The translations under genes were made by a program, and so were the position numbers. From an uncultured bacterium (GTDB taxonomy: Bacteria > Babelota > Babeliae > Babelales > Babelaceae), in the NCBI GenBank assembly GCA_963717435.1, contig OY970332.1, positions 96,001 through 160,000 of the forward strand: a stretch of DNA of 64,000 bases. The letters run 5' to 3'. How positions within the stretch are numbered: the stretch's first letter is position 1; every line of letters starts with the position of its first letter. The notes below the pieces were generated by a model. It made no database searches. It was given only the letters and a program-made list of their open reading frames with translations, and was not told the origin of the DNA. Below are positions 1 to 9,596 of the stretch, piece after piece.

Positions 1-1
1 C

Positions 2-1024
2 AAGATATAACTGGGCAACAGAATGCAGGTCGGTGGATCCAACTGACACAGTCGGCGTAATACCAACAAAAACTTCTTTACCTGAAAGATCTAACTGCTT
101 GCCAAGACTTTCCCCCACAAGTTGTCTGTACCATTGTCCTAGGGCAAATAAATTGGGTAAAAATATAAAGCTGTCATGAATATTAATTTTGTTTTTATGG
201 TTTTTATAATGCTCAAATAAAATCGCCGCACTTATAGCCGGGTTATTATCAACACTATTTTTCACAGAGTCTGGGTTAAAACAAATATCAAGCATGTCTT
301 GCGCACCTTGGCACAAACTTTCTGTATCTATATCAATTAATTTTAGGGGAAATAAACCAACAGCAGACAAGACCGAATACCTGCCCCCAACATTTTTGGG
401 GATCTCAAGTAGACTAAATTTTTCTTTTTGGGCAAGATCCCAAAGCTTAGAATTTTTATCTGTAGTAGCAACTATGTAATCTTTATAATTTTCGGGTTTA
501 TATTTTTTTAATAAATCTAAAAACAGTGCAAAATTTGCTACTGTCTCAGTTGTCGTACCAGACTTACTAATAACGTTTAAAATTATATTATTTCCAGAGA
601 TTAACTCTTGTTCAACTAGCTTTAAAATAGAACTTGTATAACTTGGCTCAATAGTATCGGCAAAATAAACTTTAAGTGCACTTGTGTCTCTATAATACTG
701 ATTAGAATATAAGCCATAAATAGCTTGAAATACTGCTTGAGTTCCCAAATTTGAGCCACCAATTCCAATAATAACTAAAACTTTTGGTGATAATAATTTT
801 TTTTGCTCTACAAGCTTGTTAACAGCTTCGCGTAGTTCTTTATCTCTAGGCAAATTTAAACTTGCGTATTCAGAATCATAATTAGTTTTTTTATCAGAAT
901 TTAATAAATTCAAGACTTGCGAAATCTTTAAAGATTCAGATTTCAATATTTCAAGATTTTTCTCAATATCCTGCTTCTGAACCAAACAACTGTCTAAGTA
1001 ATTAAATAATATCCGCTTCAACAA
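2..1024 (-). CDS. pgi: Glucose-6-phosphate isomerase, 3' end runs off the window
   Basis: Absent from the ORF track. Manual minus-strand translation gives the PGI motifs IGIGGSNLG, SKSGTTTET, VGGRYSVLS, QLVGESLGK and GSTDLHS. TTG start at 1024 or 1021. Confidence 0.9.
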   Translation of the reverse strand, partial: MLKRILFNYLDSCLVQKQDIEKNLEILKSESLKISQVLNLLNSDKKTNYDSEYASLNLPRDKELREAVNKLVEQKKLLSPKVLVIIGIGGSNLGTQAVFQAIYGLYSNQYYRDTSALKVYFADTIEPSYTSSILKLVEQELISGNNIILNVISKSGTTTETVANFALFLDLLKKYKPENYKDYIVATTDKNSKLWDLAQKEKFSLLEIPKNVGGRYSVLSAVGLFPLKLIDIDTESLCQGAQDMLDICFNPDSVKNSVDNNPAISAAILFEHYKNHKNKINIHDSFIFLPNLFALGQWYRQLVGESLGKQLDLSGKEVFVGITPTVSVGSTDLHSVAQLYL

Positions 1025-1209
1025 AATGGGCCCTTATAAATTTAACAAAAAATTTTAATTAATTTTTTAAGTAATTTCTTTTAATAAATTTGTTGATTTA
1101 TTAACAACAAAAATAATAAATATAACTTGAGTATCACAATAAAAAGTAGCTTTAACAAGTGAATCTAATTTAAAATCTTAAAATCCTTAAAACCTATTGG
1201 AGAGATGTC

Positions 1210-1653
1210 GTGAAAAAAAATATAAGCCCCCAAATTTTTTTAGCAGTATTTTTAACAGTATTAATATTATCAATAACAAATACAGTGTGGTCCGCCAGCA
1301 AACCCTCCCCAACATCTATAGAAAAATTATTCGCCGATATACCGTTTAGGAGCTACAGAAACATAAATTCAACAGAAGCAAAAGAACTGATAAAGAAAAT
1401 CCAGACCTCCAATGTATCGTTATCTCAAGACTCTTGGGAAGATTTAATTATACGGGGCCGAACAAAATTTGAACAAAACAAAGATTGGTACGATGTGGTA
1501 AGAACTACATTTGAGCAAATAAGCAAAGACGATTTACAATCAAGAAGAGAATTTTTACGAGCTCTGGACGATTTAGAAACAAAAGATTATGAAACCGCAA
1601 GTGAGCTTCGCGATTTTTTAAGAAAAGCAAAATTAATCGACATAGCCAAATAA
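1210..1653 (+). CDS. Hypothetical secreted protein
   Basis: GTG start after GGAG; hydrophobic signal-peptide-like N-terminus. Confidence 0.7.
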   Translation: MKKNISPQIFLAVFLTVLILSITNTVWSASKPSPTSIEKLFADIPFRSYRNINSTEAKELIKKIQTSNVSLSQDSWEDLIIRGRTKFEQNKDWYDVVRTTFEQISKDDLQSRREFLRALDDLETKDYETASELRDFLRKAKLIDIAK

Positions 1654-1681
1654 TCTCTAAATTGCATATTAAATTAACAGA

Positions 1682-1716
1682 GAAAAGAGGCCGGAGAAAT
1701 TCTCTGGCCTCTTTTC
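1682..1716. terminator. Bidirectional intrinsic terminator
   Basis: gaaaagaggccggaga/tctctggcctcttttc hairpin between convergent genes. Confidence 0.7.
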
Positions 1717-1747
1717 ATAAAATTCACTTTATAAATACTGAAATCAC

Positions 1748-2293
1748 TTACTTTGGCAAGTAACCAGACTGTTCAAGAAATCTTTCTGTTGGAACATATA
1801 AAGTAACAGCTTGAATCAAGTTGCGTAACCAGTTAGCAGGACGCCTATTTTGCTTCTCTTGACTCGTTTTTGCTTCACAATCATCTATTAAATCTTCAAT
1901 AGCCAATTCTTTCCCAATACCAAATGGAATTTGCTTTACCATTTTTTGGCAAGCTTCTGTATTAACTAATTTACCCAAAATATAAAGTAACGGTAATCTT
2001 GTTGCCCAACGCTTAGATCCTTCTGAAAGATCCCCTTCAGTACCTATCCATAAAGCAGCAAGAATTGCTTCAACTCTAAGTGCCATGCCTAATTCTGCTG
2101 AAGTACTTTTATCAAATGGACTTCTTTTTGTTGCAGCATCAACAAGAACTCCTGATCCAGCCCCTATTCCAAGTGAAATTAAAGCACGCCCATATCCTGG
2201 AATCGTTTTCCAAGAATCGGAAAGTCCAGCACCACGAACATTCGCAGCTAATACTAAAACAGACAGGGACAAAAATCGCTTAAAATTATTCAT
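1748..2293 (-). CDS. Hypothetical secreted or membrane protein
   Basis: Likely start MNNFKRFLSLSVLVLAA (signal peptide); ORF track extends it to 2365. Confidence 0.65.
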   Translation of the reverse strand: MNNFKRFLSLSVLVLAANVRGAGLSDSWKTIPGYGRALISLGIGAGSGVLVDAATKRSPFDKSTSAELGMALRVEAILAALWIGTEGDLSEGSKRWATRLPLLYILGKLVNTEACQKMVKQIPFGIGKELAIEDLIDDCEAKTSQEKQNRRPANWLRNLIQAVTLYVPTERFLEQSGYLPK

Positions 2294-2370
2294 AATAACC
2301 CTTTTCGAGTTTAAAGTTGTAACACCTACACTACAAACACACGCAGCATACACAAATTTTTGCATAAAAA

Positions 2371-2393
2371 AAAGCGGGTTAAAAACCCGCTTT
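2371..2393 (-). terminator. Intrinsic terminator after rplM
   Basis: aaagcgggtt/aacccgcttt hairpin followed by a T-run on the minus strand. Confidence 0.7.
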
Positions 2394-2405
2394 AGAATTC
2401 AATAG

Positions 2406-2912
2406 TTAAATATTGTCTCTCTTGAAACCTTCAAGTTGAGCTTTATGTGGATGCTCTGACCCTGTATAAAGTTTCAACTTTTTCATCAGGCTGCTTGAAA
2501 GTGTATTTTTTGGAAGCATTCTTTTAACAGCAAGCTCAATAATTCTTGTAGAATCTTTAGCCATAATTTGCTCAGCTGTAAGACTCTTCAAGTTACCGAT
2601 CCAACCACTGTATGTTTCGTATGTTTTATCTTTAAGCTTGTTACCTGTAAAAGCGATCTTATCTGTATTGATCACAACAACATAATCGCCACCATCTGCA
2701 TGGGGTGTAAATGTAGCTCTGTCTTTGCCACGTAGAATATCGGCTATTCTTGTTGCCATTCTACCTGGAACTTGCCCAGCAGCATCGATCAAGACCCATT
2801 TAGGAACTCTTGATTCTTTTTTCATGAAGTAAGCTTTATTCATGTCAACACTGTGAACCGGTGAAGTCTCGGCTTTTTTTGCTGCCGCCTTCTTTGTTTG
2901 TTTTTTTTCCAT
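2406..2912 (-). CDS. rplM: 50S ribosomal protein L13
   Basis: WVLIDAAGQVPGRMAT, TPHADGGDYVVVIN, AVKRMLPKN, HPHKAQ; Lys/Ala-rich N-terminal extension; start uncertain (2912 or 2951). Confidence 0.95.
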   Translation of the reverse strand: MEKKQTKKAAAKKAETSPVHSVDMNKAYFMKKESRVPKWVLIDAAGQVPGRMATRIADILRGKDRATFTPHADGGDYVVVINTDKIAFTGNKLKDKTYETYSGWIGNLKSLTAEQIMAKDSTRIIELAVKRMLPKNTLSSSLMKKLKLYTGSEHPHKAQLEGFKRDNI

Positions 2913-3049
2913 GACCCTGAAAGACTTTCGTATTTTGTAAGTAATTTTCAATAATAGTAGTAATTTATAAATCTTGCTAAAATATATATAATATTAAAAA
3001 AAAACTTGAAATAGGTCAAATTAAAGCTTTTTATATCGGGTATTTTCTT

Positions 3050-4603
3050 ATGCAAAATTCTATAATTATTCTTCTACCATCGGTAATTTTACTTGCTGTG
3101 GCAGTATACACCAAAAATGTCATAAAGTCTCTTCTGACCGGCATAATAGCTGCTGCGTTCATAGTAAAAAACTTTGCTCCAGTTGAGTCTATAAATCTTG
3201 TTGCAAGAAGATTGTTTGAACAAACCGAAATATCTAATTTAATCTACAAAACTGGTAGCTATGACAATCTTTATACTTTTGCATTTCTAATAATACTTGG
3301 AATAATAATATGCATGATAACCCACACAGGGGGCATGGCAGCCTATACCAAAGCTATCAAGACAAGACTTCACGGTCCCAAAGCGACCCAAACTGTATCT
3401 CTAATACTTTCCAACTTTTTCTTCATGGACGACTATCTTAATACGCTTACAGTAGGCAGCGTCATGAAGCCACTTACAGATGCATTTAGAATACCTAGAG
3501 CAAAATTGGCATTTCTATTAGATTCCATGAGTTCAGCTTTGTGCACCCTAATTCCAGCTTCAAGTTGGACAGCTATAGTTCTATCCCAGCTTCAGGGTGT
3601 CGGCATACAGGACACTTTGGGGACATATTTAACAGCTATGCCATTTATTTTCTACAGCTGGCTAATAATATTTACGGCCTGGTTTGTTGTAAGGGCGGGT
3701 ATATCTTTTGGCAAAATGAGAGATTTTGAAGACATAGCCCTAGAGACGGGAAATTTATTTGGCGGCAAAGAGCCGATTCAAGATTTGACAGAAAATATAA
3801 ACAACCAACAAAAATCTTCTCTGACAGATTTTTTCCTACCCATTGGCTTGTTCATGTTCAGCGTATTCTTATCTTTTGCCTATACGGGTTCTTGGGCATT
3901 CTTGGGGGGACAAAACAATCTTGTGACTGCCCTGCAAAAAGGGGATGCGTTATACTCCCTATTTATAGCAAGTTTAATTACCCTAATAATTTCAGTAATA
4001 TACTTTGGGCTTAACAAAAAACTTAGCTTTAAAGAGTTTACAGACATGTCCATAAACGGGTTCTATTTGATGAAAAACTCAATAATATTATTATTACTCG
4101 CAAAAACGATGAGCATGCTTCTCAAATCAGATTTGAACACGGGCGCATATCTTGCAGGCCTAATGGTTGGATCTGTTCCTGCTTGGTTATTCCCTGCGAT
4201 AATATTCGTAACGTCGTCATTGGTTGCGATGGCAACGGGTTCATCATGGGGAACAATTAGTGTCATGATACCACTTGGGATCCCAATGGTTGGTTCATTT
4301 GACGCAATTTTATTATCACCAACACTTGGCGCAATACTTTCAGGTTCTATTGCAGGCGCACACTTATCGCCGATATCTGACCCTATGTTAATTTCATCGA
4401 CAAGTTCAGGGTCTTACCATCTGGACCATATACAAACTCAAATAGTATACGCAGCACCTGCTATGCTAGGCACAATCTTAGCACTATTACTAACCGGCTT
4501 TATCCTAACCCAAAATACGATTATTACGGGCCTAATAGCTTTGCTTACAGGCGTAATATTCACCGGCTCAGTGTTATATTTTCTCAATAAAAAAAGATCG
4601 TAA
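3050..4603 (+). CDS. NhaC-family Na+/H+ antiporter or amino-acid transporter
   Basis: FFMDDYLN, AFLLDS, ATGSSWGT, GAHLSPISD motifs; many TM segments. Confidence 0.85.
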   Translation: MQNSIIILLPSVILLAVAVYTKNVIKSLLTGIIAAAFIVKNFAPVESINLVARRLFEQTEISNLIYKTGSYDNLYTFAFLIILGIIICMITHTGGMAAYTKAIKTRLHGPKATQTVSLILSNFFFMDDYLNTLTVGSVMKPLTDAFRIPRAKLAFLLDSMSSALCTLIPASSWTAIVLSQLQGVGIQDTLGTYLTAMPFIFYSWLIIFTAWFVVRAGISFGKMRDFEDIALETGNLFGGKEPIQDLTENINNQQKSSLTDFFLPIGLFMFSVFLSFAYTGSWAFLGGQNNLVTALQKGDALYSLFIASLITLIISVIYFGLNKKLSFKEFTDMSINGFYLMKNSIILLLLAKTMSMLLKSDLNTGAYLAGLMVGSVPAWLFPAIIFVTSSLVAMATGSSWGTISVMIPLGIPMVGSFDAILLSPTLGAILSGSIAGAHLSPISDPMLISSTSSGSYHLDHIQTQIVYAAPAMLGTILALLLTGFILTQNTIITGLIALLTGVIFTGSVLYFLNKKRS

Positions 4604-4619
4604 TTTTAAGCAAAAACAA

Positions 4620-4657
4620 AACTGGCCCGTTAGGATTTTGCACCTAACGGGCCAGTT
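4620..4657. terminator. Bidirectional terminator hairpin
   Basis: 15-bp perfect stem aactggcccgttagg/cctaacgggccagtt between convergent genes. Confidence 0.75.
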
Positions 4658-4682
4658 CTAATCTCAACATCAAACGCAAATT

Positions 4683-5327
4683 TTACTTCTTAATTTTGCC
4701 CAAAAATTCACTATTAATTTTATAATGAATATCTCCACTCCCATTAGGCACGACGACACTATACAAATCGCTTCCTTTTTCCGCCACAACTTCTCCTATA
4801 AAGAAATTTGCTTTTTTTAGAGACGATTGATCATATGACGCCTGTGATCCATTCAAGACAGGGACCACCACCCTCTCTCCGATTGCAAACTTATTGTCTT
4901 TTGAAAAATTGGCCATTAAAAGCGCAGCTCGTTCACTAATTTGTTGACCAATTTCTTGAGCAGGAGGCGAGAATATCCAAAATGTCCTAGGATAGCCCTC
5001 AGAGAACATGTTTTGGTCACGAATGGCCCTAATCTTCCCATCCTTGAACGCGAAGACAATCCCATAATTCAAATCCCCATTACTTCGTTTAACTAAAACC
5101 AGATCCCCCATCTCCAGAGGTCTGTTTTCCTCGTTCTTATGAAAATATTTTTGCAAACTCGGATCAACAACTTTGCCGAGAATTTTTTCTCGATGATCTT
5201 TATAGGCAAGAAGATCTTCGATTGTTATTTTTGCCGTCTCAGGTTTTTCCATGCTATACGAACTATTCACGCCCAAAAGCATCGCTGCCAGCAAAACACC
5301 TGTTATATACAATTTATTGCTTTTCAT
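4683..5327 (-). CDS. Secreted paralog 3 of tandem triplet (two SH3/KOW-like repeats)
   Basis: Signal peptide + SME; GDLVLVKR and GERVVVP repeats; ends EFLGKIKK. Confidence 0.8.
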   Translation of the reverse strand: MKSNKLYITGVLLAAMLLGVNSSYSMEKPETAKITIEDLLAYKDHREKILGKVVDPSLQKYFHKNEENRPLEMGDLVLVKRSNGDLNYGIVFAFKDGKIRAIRDQNMFSEGYPRTFWIFSPPAQEIGQQISERAALLMANFSKDNKFAIGERVVVPVLNGSQASYDQSSLKKANFFIGEVVAEKGSDLYSVVVPNGSGDIHYKINSEFLGKIKK

Positions 5328-6113
5328 AATATTCTTCTCTTCTGTTAAAAATTTATACTTTACTTCTTAATTTTGCCCAAAAATTCAGGTTTGACCGAGT
5401 ATTGTTTTTCATTGACCTGGACTTTATATTTACCATTGGTCTTATCTCCCGCAATCTTTCCTACTAAGAAGTTTCTAGTTGTTTCGAAAGAGTTTTCATC
5501 ATCAACGGCTAATCCTTGCAGGAGGGGAACAACTACCAATTCTCCTAATTTAAACTCATTATTTTTTGCAAAATTAGCCAAAGAAAACGCTCCGGAATCC
5601 CCAATATTTTCACCTTGAATTAGAACTTCTTCAGGATTTCCCCTCATGTATTCTTTAAACACATACAATTCCTGAGGGTATATACCCCTTTCACCACCAA
5701 AATCTACTTTCACCCTAACTCCACCTTTTTCCCTGGTTTTTTTATCCGCCTTGGTGATAAATCCATATGTCAACAATGGTTGATTAGTAGACGGGTCCTT
5801 AGCATTTCTTGGAGCCACAACCAATTCGCCCAGCTCGAAGTTATAATCTTTGGACTCATTCAATTTGAAATAGTCTTTTAGTAAATTTTTATCAGCAACT
5901 TTGCCGAAAATTTTTGCGGGATTATCTCTATATGCAAGAAGATCTTCGATTGTTATTTTTGCCGTCTCAGGTTTTTCCATGCTATACGAACTATTCACGC
6001 CTAAAAGCATCGCTGCCAGCAAAACACCTGTTATATACAATTTATTGCTTTTCATAATATTCTTCCCTCTGTTAAAAATTTATACTTTACTTCTTAATTT
6101 TACCCAAGAATTC
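5206..6113. repeat. Near-identical direct repeat of about 180 bp (5206-5386 and 5934-6113)
   Basis: Covers the 3' end of one paralog, the intergenic spacer and the first ~40 codons of the next; the 3'-end part recurs at 4682-4709. Confidence 0.9.
5360..6055 (-). CDS. Secreted paralog 2 of tandem triplet
   Basis: First 42 aa identical to the 4683 gene; GELVVAPR and GELVVVP; ends EFLGKIKK. Confidence 0.8.
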   Translation of the reverse strand: MKSNKLYITGVLLAAMLLGVNSSYSMEKPETAKITIEDLLAYRDNPAKIFGKVADKNLLKDYFKLNESKDYNFELGELVVAPRNAKDPSTNQPLLTYGFITKADKKTREKGGVRVKVDFGGERGIYPQELYVFKEYMRGNPEEVLIQGENIGDSGAFSLANFAKNNEFKLGELVVVPLLQGLAVDDENSFETTRNFLVGKIAGDKTNGKYKVQVNEKQYSVKPEFLGKIKK

Positions 6114-6761
6114 CGGCAGAATAAAATACGTGCTAATTAAGCCGGGAACACCAGCCATAACCTCATATTTATTACGCTGCTTTTGCGAACTGGCGACCAT
6201 GCCTAGGTAGAACTTTGCTGATTCCATGGAGGGTGCATAATTGACAACTGTTGCACTTGAAAATGAAACTATGACCCATTCATTTTTATTAAACTCATTA
6301 TCTGCTGAAAAACTCGCTATAGAGCGTACCGTTTGTTTGTCAATTTCCTGCCCAATTTTAAACACCTTCCCGTTAATTTTAATTGTCTCAGGTTCACTTG
6401 CTATCGATTTATACAAGAGTTTGGGAGGCAAGTCTTTAACAATTCCATTCTCTAATTGCACCCTAATCAAACCCTTAGCTTTAGTTTCTTCTTTTGTCTC
6501 CATAAGAATTCCATAAGTAAGCTTGCCACTGCTTCTTGGAACTACAACCAATTCACCTATTTCAAATTTATATTTATTATCTTTGTTAGGTATAAAAAGG
6601 TTCAGTAAGTCCCCAGTGGTCTCTTTGCCCAGAATTTTTTCAGGATTTTTCTTATAGTTAAGGATATCTTCACGGGTTATTTGTTCCATATTATAAGAAT
6701 TATTCATACCCAAAAACATAGCAGCCAAGATAGCTGATATGTAAAATTTATTATTTTTCAT
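6087..6761 (-). CDS. Secreted paralog 1 of tandem triplet
   Basis: Signal peptide + NME; GELVVVPRSSG; ends EFLGKIKK. Confidence 0.8.
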   Translation of the reverse strand: MKNNKFYISAILAAMFLGMNNSYNMEQITREDILNYKKNPEKILGKETTGDLLNLFIPNKDNKYKFEIGELVVVPRSSGKLTYGILMETKEETKAKGLIRVQLENGIVKDLPPKLLYKSIASEPETIKINGKVFKIGQEIDKQTVRSIASFSADNEFNKNEWVIVSFSSATVVNYAPSMESAKFYLGMVASSQKQRNKYEVMAGVPGLISTYFILPEFLGKIKK

Positions 6762-6797
6762 AAAATATCCCTATATATTAAAAATATTTAAAAAATA

Positions 6798-6824
6798 CCT
6801 GGAACTGAGTTTTTCAGTTCCAGG
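6798..6824 (-). terminator. Terminator hairpin after small ORF
   Basis: cctggaactga/tcagttccagg, then tattttt on the minus strand. Confidence 0.7.
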
Positions 6825-6832
6825 CTATAATC

Positions 6833-6976
6833 TTACTGAGCAGATTGACCAGATGCATCAGCTTCTTTTGTTTGTGGTTGTTGAGGTCTTTGGCAAGGAC
6901 ATATTGCAAGCATATTGCTTGAAACAACGAAGCCAAATAAAACTGCTACAACTAATTTTTTTAAATTAGAAAACAT
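6833..6976 (-). CDS. 47-aa secreted peptide with CPC motif (not in ORF track)
   Basis: MFSNLKKLVVAVLFGFVVSSNMLAICPCQRPQQPQTKEADASGQSAQ; GGAGG RBS upstream; own terminator. Confidence 0.75.
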   Translation of the reverse strand: MFSNLKKLVVAVLFGFVVSSNMLAICPCQRPQQPQTKEADASGQSAQ

Positions 6977-7105
6977 GAGAAACCCTCCATAAATTATTTA
7001 AATTATATTGTACTTACAATTTAATTCTGGCAAATCTGGGCTTCAAAAGTCAATGGTTTTAAAGATTATTTTCAGATTCTACCAATTTAAAATGGGCAAA
7101 AAAAA

Positions 7106-7143
7106 GCTTATAAGAGAATCATTTGAATGATTCTCTTATAAGC
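7106..7143 (-). terminator. Long hairpin, probable terminator
   Basis: 18-bp stem gcttataagagaatcatt/aatgattctcttataagc with a T-run on the minus strand. Confidence 0.7.
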
Positions 7144-7158
7144 CCAAAATTAACTCGC

Positions 7159-7479
7159 TTAGTTTTTATTAAGTGTAACCAAATAATCACCTTCAGGAGA
7201 ATCCTCTATGTTTAATTTCATAGAACCCGAAACACCCCAGCTTCTAATTTCTTTGATAATTTCACCACCAACTGAAACTGTAATTTGCTTTATAATACAT
7301 AATCCAATATCAACAGGTTTTTTCGATTTTTTTTCTAATCTTTCATATTTGTCAGGACATGAGTCAAGTTCAATTTCAACCCCGACCTTAGAATCCGAAT
7401 TGTTTGAAATATCAACTTGATATCCCCAAGCAGATCCCCCAAGCAATAATAAGCTTGCAAAAAATAAACTCTTCTTCAT
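7159..7479 (-). CDS. Small secreted beta-rich hypothetical protein
   Basis: GGAGG + MKKSLFFASLLLLGGSAWG signal peptide; two Cys. Confidence 0.75.
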   Translation of the reverse strand: MKKSLFFASLLLLGGSAWGYQVDISNNSDSKVGVEIELDSCPDKYERLEKKSKKPVDIGLCIIKQITVSVGGEIIKEIRSWGVSGSMKLNIEDSPEGDYLVTLNKN

Positions 7480-7621
7480 AAAACCTCCCATTTTTTTTAA
7501 AATTACATACACTCATTTTAACTATATCTGAAATACATTCTAAAATGCAACAGTTTTTCTAGTTTTTTATAGAGAAAAACAGCTAAAAACAGAGATGAAT
7601 TTGTTATTTATTGTCTTCTAC

Positions 7622-8923
7622 TTAAGAAACTTTTTGTAGGGCCATAAACTTTTCTATATCATCTATTTCTTTGGGCAACTCTTCACTTAAGCAAACAGCC
7701 TCGCCACCTGCAATCCAGTAGTCATCTTCGATTCTTACGCCCAGGTTCTCTTCAGGTATATAAATACCCGGTTCGATAGTAAACACATCGCCCTCTTCTA
7801 ACGGACGTGAATAATCACCAACGTCGTGGACATCTATGCCAAGAAAGTGGCCTATAGAATGGGTAAAGTATTTGCCATACCCTGCGTCATCCAAAAACTT
7901 TTTAGCCAAATGGTTTAAAGATTTTTCAGGCATATCTTTATTGTTTAACCAATAACCAGGTGCCGCCAAATCTTGGATATAAAGCTGTGTTTCCAAAACT
8001 AAGTTATAAATCTCCTTCTGTCTTTCAGTAAATTTACCTGAGACAGGATAAGTTCTGGTTAAATCTGCGCAATAATAATTATATTCAGCCCCAATATCAA
8101 CAACAACCAAATCACCAGATTTTAATACAGTATTATTATCATGATAATGCAATACTGTGCTATTTTTGCCACCGGCAACTATCGATGGAAAAGCTGCTCT
8201 GCAAGACTCAGAAGCATACGCATATTCAATAGCCGCTTGAAGTTTTGATTCATTAACGTCTGGAGCGAGCATAGCTAGCGCAGTCTCATGCGCGTCCATT
8301 GTGCAGTCTATTGCTTTATAAATTAACTCTATTTCTTGTTTATCTTTTTTACGTCTTAATTGTGCGACTAGCAGCGAAATATCAACTAATCTTTCAGTCA
8401 GTTCCGGAACAAATTTTGCAAGTCTTTCAAGCTGAATTCTCTGATTTACATATGCACCCGGCTTATCGGGACAAAAAGTAAAAATCGCAACTTTTTTTGC
8501 GACTATTAATTTTAAAAATTCTATTAAGTTTTTAAACTCACCTTGAGAAAAATTTGGGTATATATTATATCCACGACAAGCTTCTCCAAGATAATCTATG
8601 CTTTCAACAAATATCTCTTGCGCTTGATTTTCACCAGGCTCGATACAACCCGACATCCATTTTGATCTTGGTTCTTGATATCTTGGAACAAATAAAATTC
8701 CATTAGAATCTCGTTCAAGATTTATCGAAGAAACCAATACAGATCCAGGCTCTTCAATTCCCGTTAAGTAATAAAAACTACTTTCCTGCCTAAACTTAAC
8801 AGTTTCCTGTTCAAAACCACCGAGCAACAAAATTATCCCGTTCGGGCTTTCTGGATACTTATAAGCAATTAATTTTTTTAACTCTTGAAATCTATTTCTA
8901 AAAACTGAGTAATCTTTTTTCAT
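7622..8923 (-). CDS. pepP: Xaa-Pro aminopeptidase (M24B)
   Basis: FRQESSFYYLTG, DIGAEY..YCADLTRTYP, HSIGHFLGIDVHD, TIEPGIY, GVRIEDD. Confidence 0.92.
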   Translation of the reverse strand: MKKDYSVFRNRFQELKKLIAYKYPESPNGIILLLGGFEQETVKFRQESSFYYLTGIEEPGSVLVSSINLERDSNGILFVPRYQEPRSKWMSGCIEPGENQAQEIFVESIDYLGEACRGYNIYPNFSQGEFKNLIEFLKLIVAKKVAIFTFCPDKPGAYVNQRIQLERLAKFVPELTERLVDISLLVAQLRRKKDKQEIELIYKAIDCTMDAHETALAMLAPDVNESKLQAAIEYAYASESCRAAFPSIVAGGKNSTVLHYHDNNTVLKSGDLVVVDIGAEYNYYCADLTRTYPVSGKFTERQKEIYNLVLETQLYIQDLAAPGYWLNNKDMPEKSLNHLAKKFLDDAGYGKYFTHSIGHFLGIDVHDVGDYSRPLEEGDVFTIEPGIYIPEENLGVRIEDDYWIAGGEAVCLSEELPKEIDDIEKFMALQKVS

Positions 8924-8954
8924 AATAACTTTCAAAATATTTCTAATTTTTTAT

Positions 8955-9581
8955 TTACGATAATTTATCGTAAAGCTCGCCATTTTCCAATTTGATCAAA
9001 GCCATAACAATAGCTTGCTTGGTGTATTCTATTCTATCGACTCGGCCGTTGGTCAAAATTCCCACAACGCCGTTACCTTTAGAATCAGTAGTTATCCCCA
9101 ATTTGTTAAAAGTTTGCTTCATTTCAAAACCATCTTTGACCATCAAATCGGTTGCTTTATCGGGGCATTCGAATGCTGATGACAACCCTACATAAAAATT
9201 AGATCCGTCATATATCACGCAAGCACAAATATTCATATAACCAGTTTTTGTATAAGGCACTTGAAAAAGACCGCTTTCTATCCCAAAGCTCAAATCGCAA
9301 GAATTAAAACCATTCTTTGCGCGATTCATGGCCCCTTGTAATGTTTCTTCCAAAGATAAAGGCTGATTCCTAACCAAAGAAGATATTTCTTCTGAGCAAA
9401 TTTTTGCAGAAGAAAGAAATGCGTATTCTTTGCAAATCTGCTCAACAGCGGCTATTTTCACCGGATTTAAAGATGCAACTTTTATTGTTTTTATCGTATT
9501 AATAGATTTTGACCCGGCAGATTCGGGACAGGATAAAAAAACCAAGTTAGTTACTAATAAAAAAAGTATCAATTTTTTCAT
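8955..9581 (-). CDS. yjjX: YjjX-family inosine/xanthosine triphosphatase with N-terminal signal-like peptide
   Basis: ASLNPVKIAAV, QPLSLEETLQGAMNRA, GIESG, GVVGILTNGRVDR. Confidence 0.85.
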   Translation of the reverse strand: MKKLILFLLVTNLVFLSCPESAGSKSINTIKTIKVASLNPVKIAAVEQICKEYAFLSSAKICSEEISSLVRNQPLSLEETLQGAMNRAKNGFNSCDLSFGIESGLFQVPYTKTGYMNICACVIYDGSNFYVGLSSAFECPDKATDLMVKDGFEMKQTFNKLGITTDSKGNGVVGILTNGRVDRIEYTKQAIVMALIKLENGELYDKLS

Positions 9582-9596
9582 AAACTTCCTCAAAAA

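Noticed and set aside
4683-6761. Diversity-generating retroelement behind the triplet
   Set aside because: No RT nearby, and divergence is not adenine-specific or confined to a short variable region
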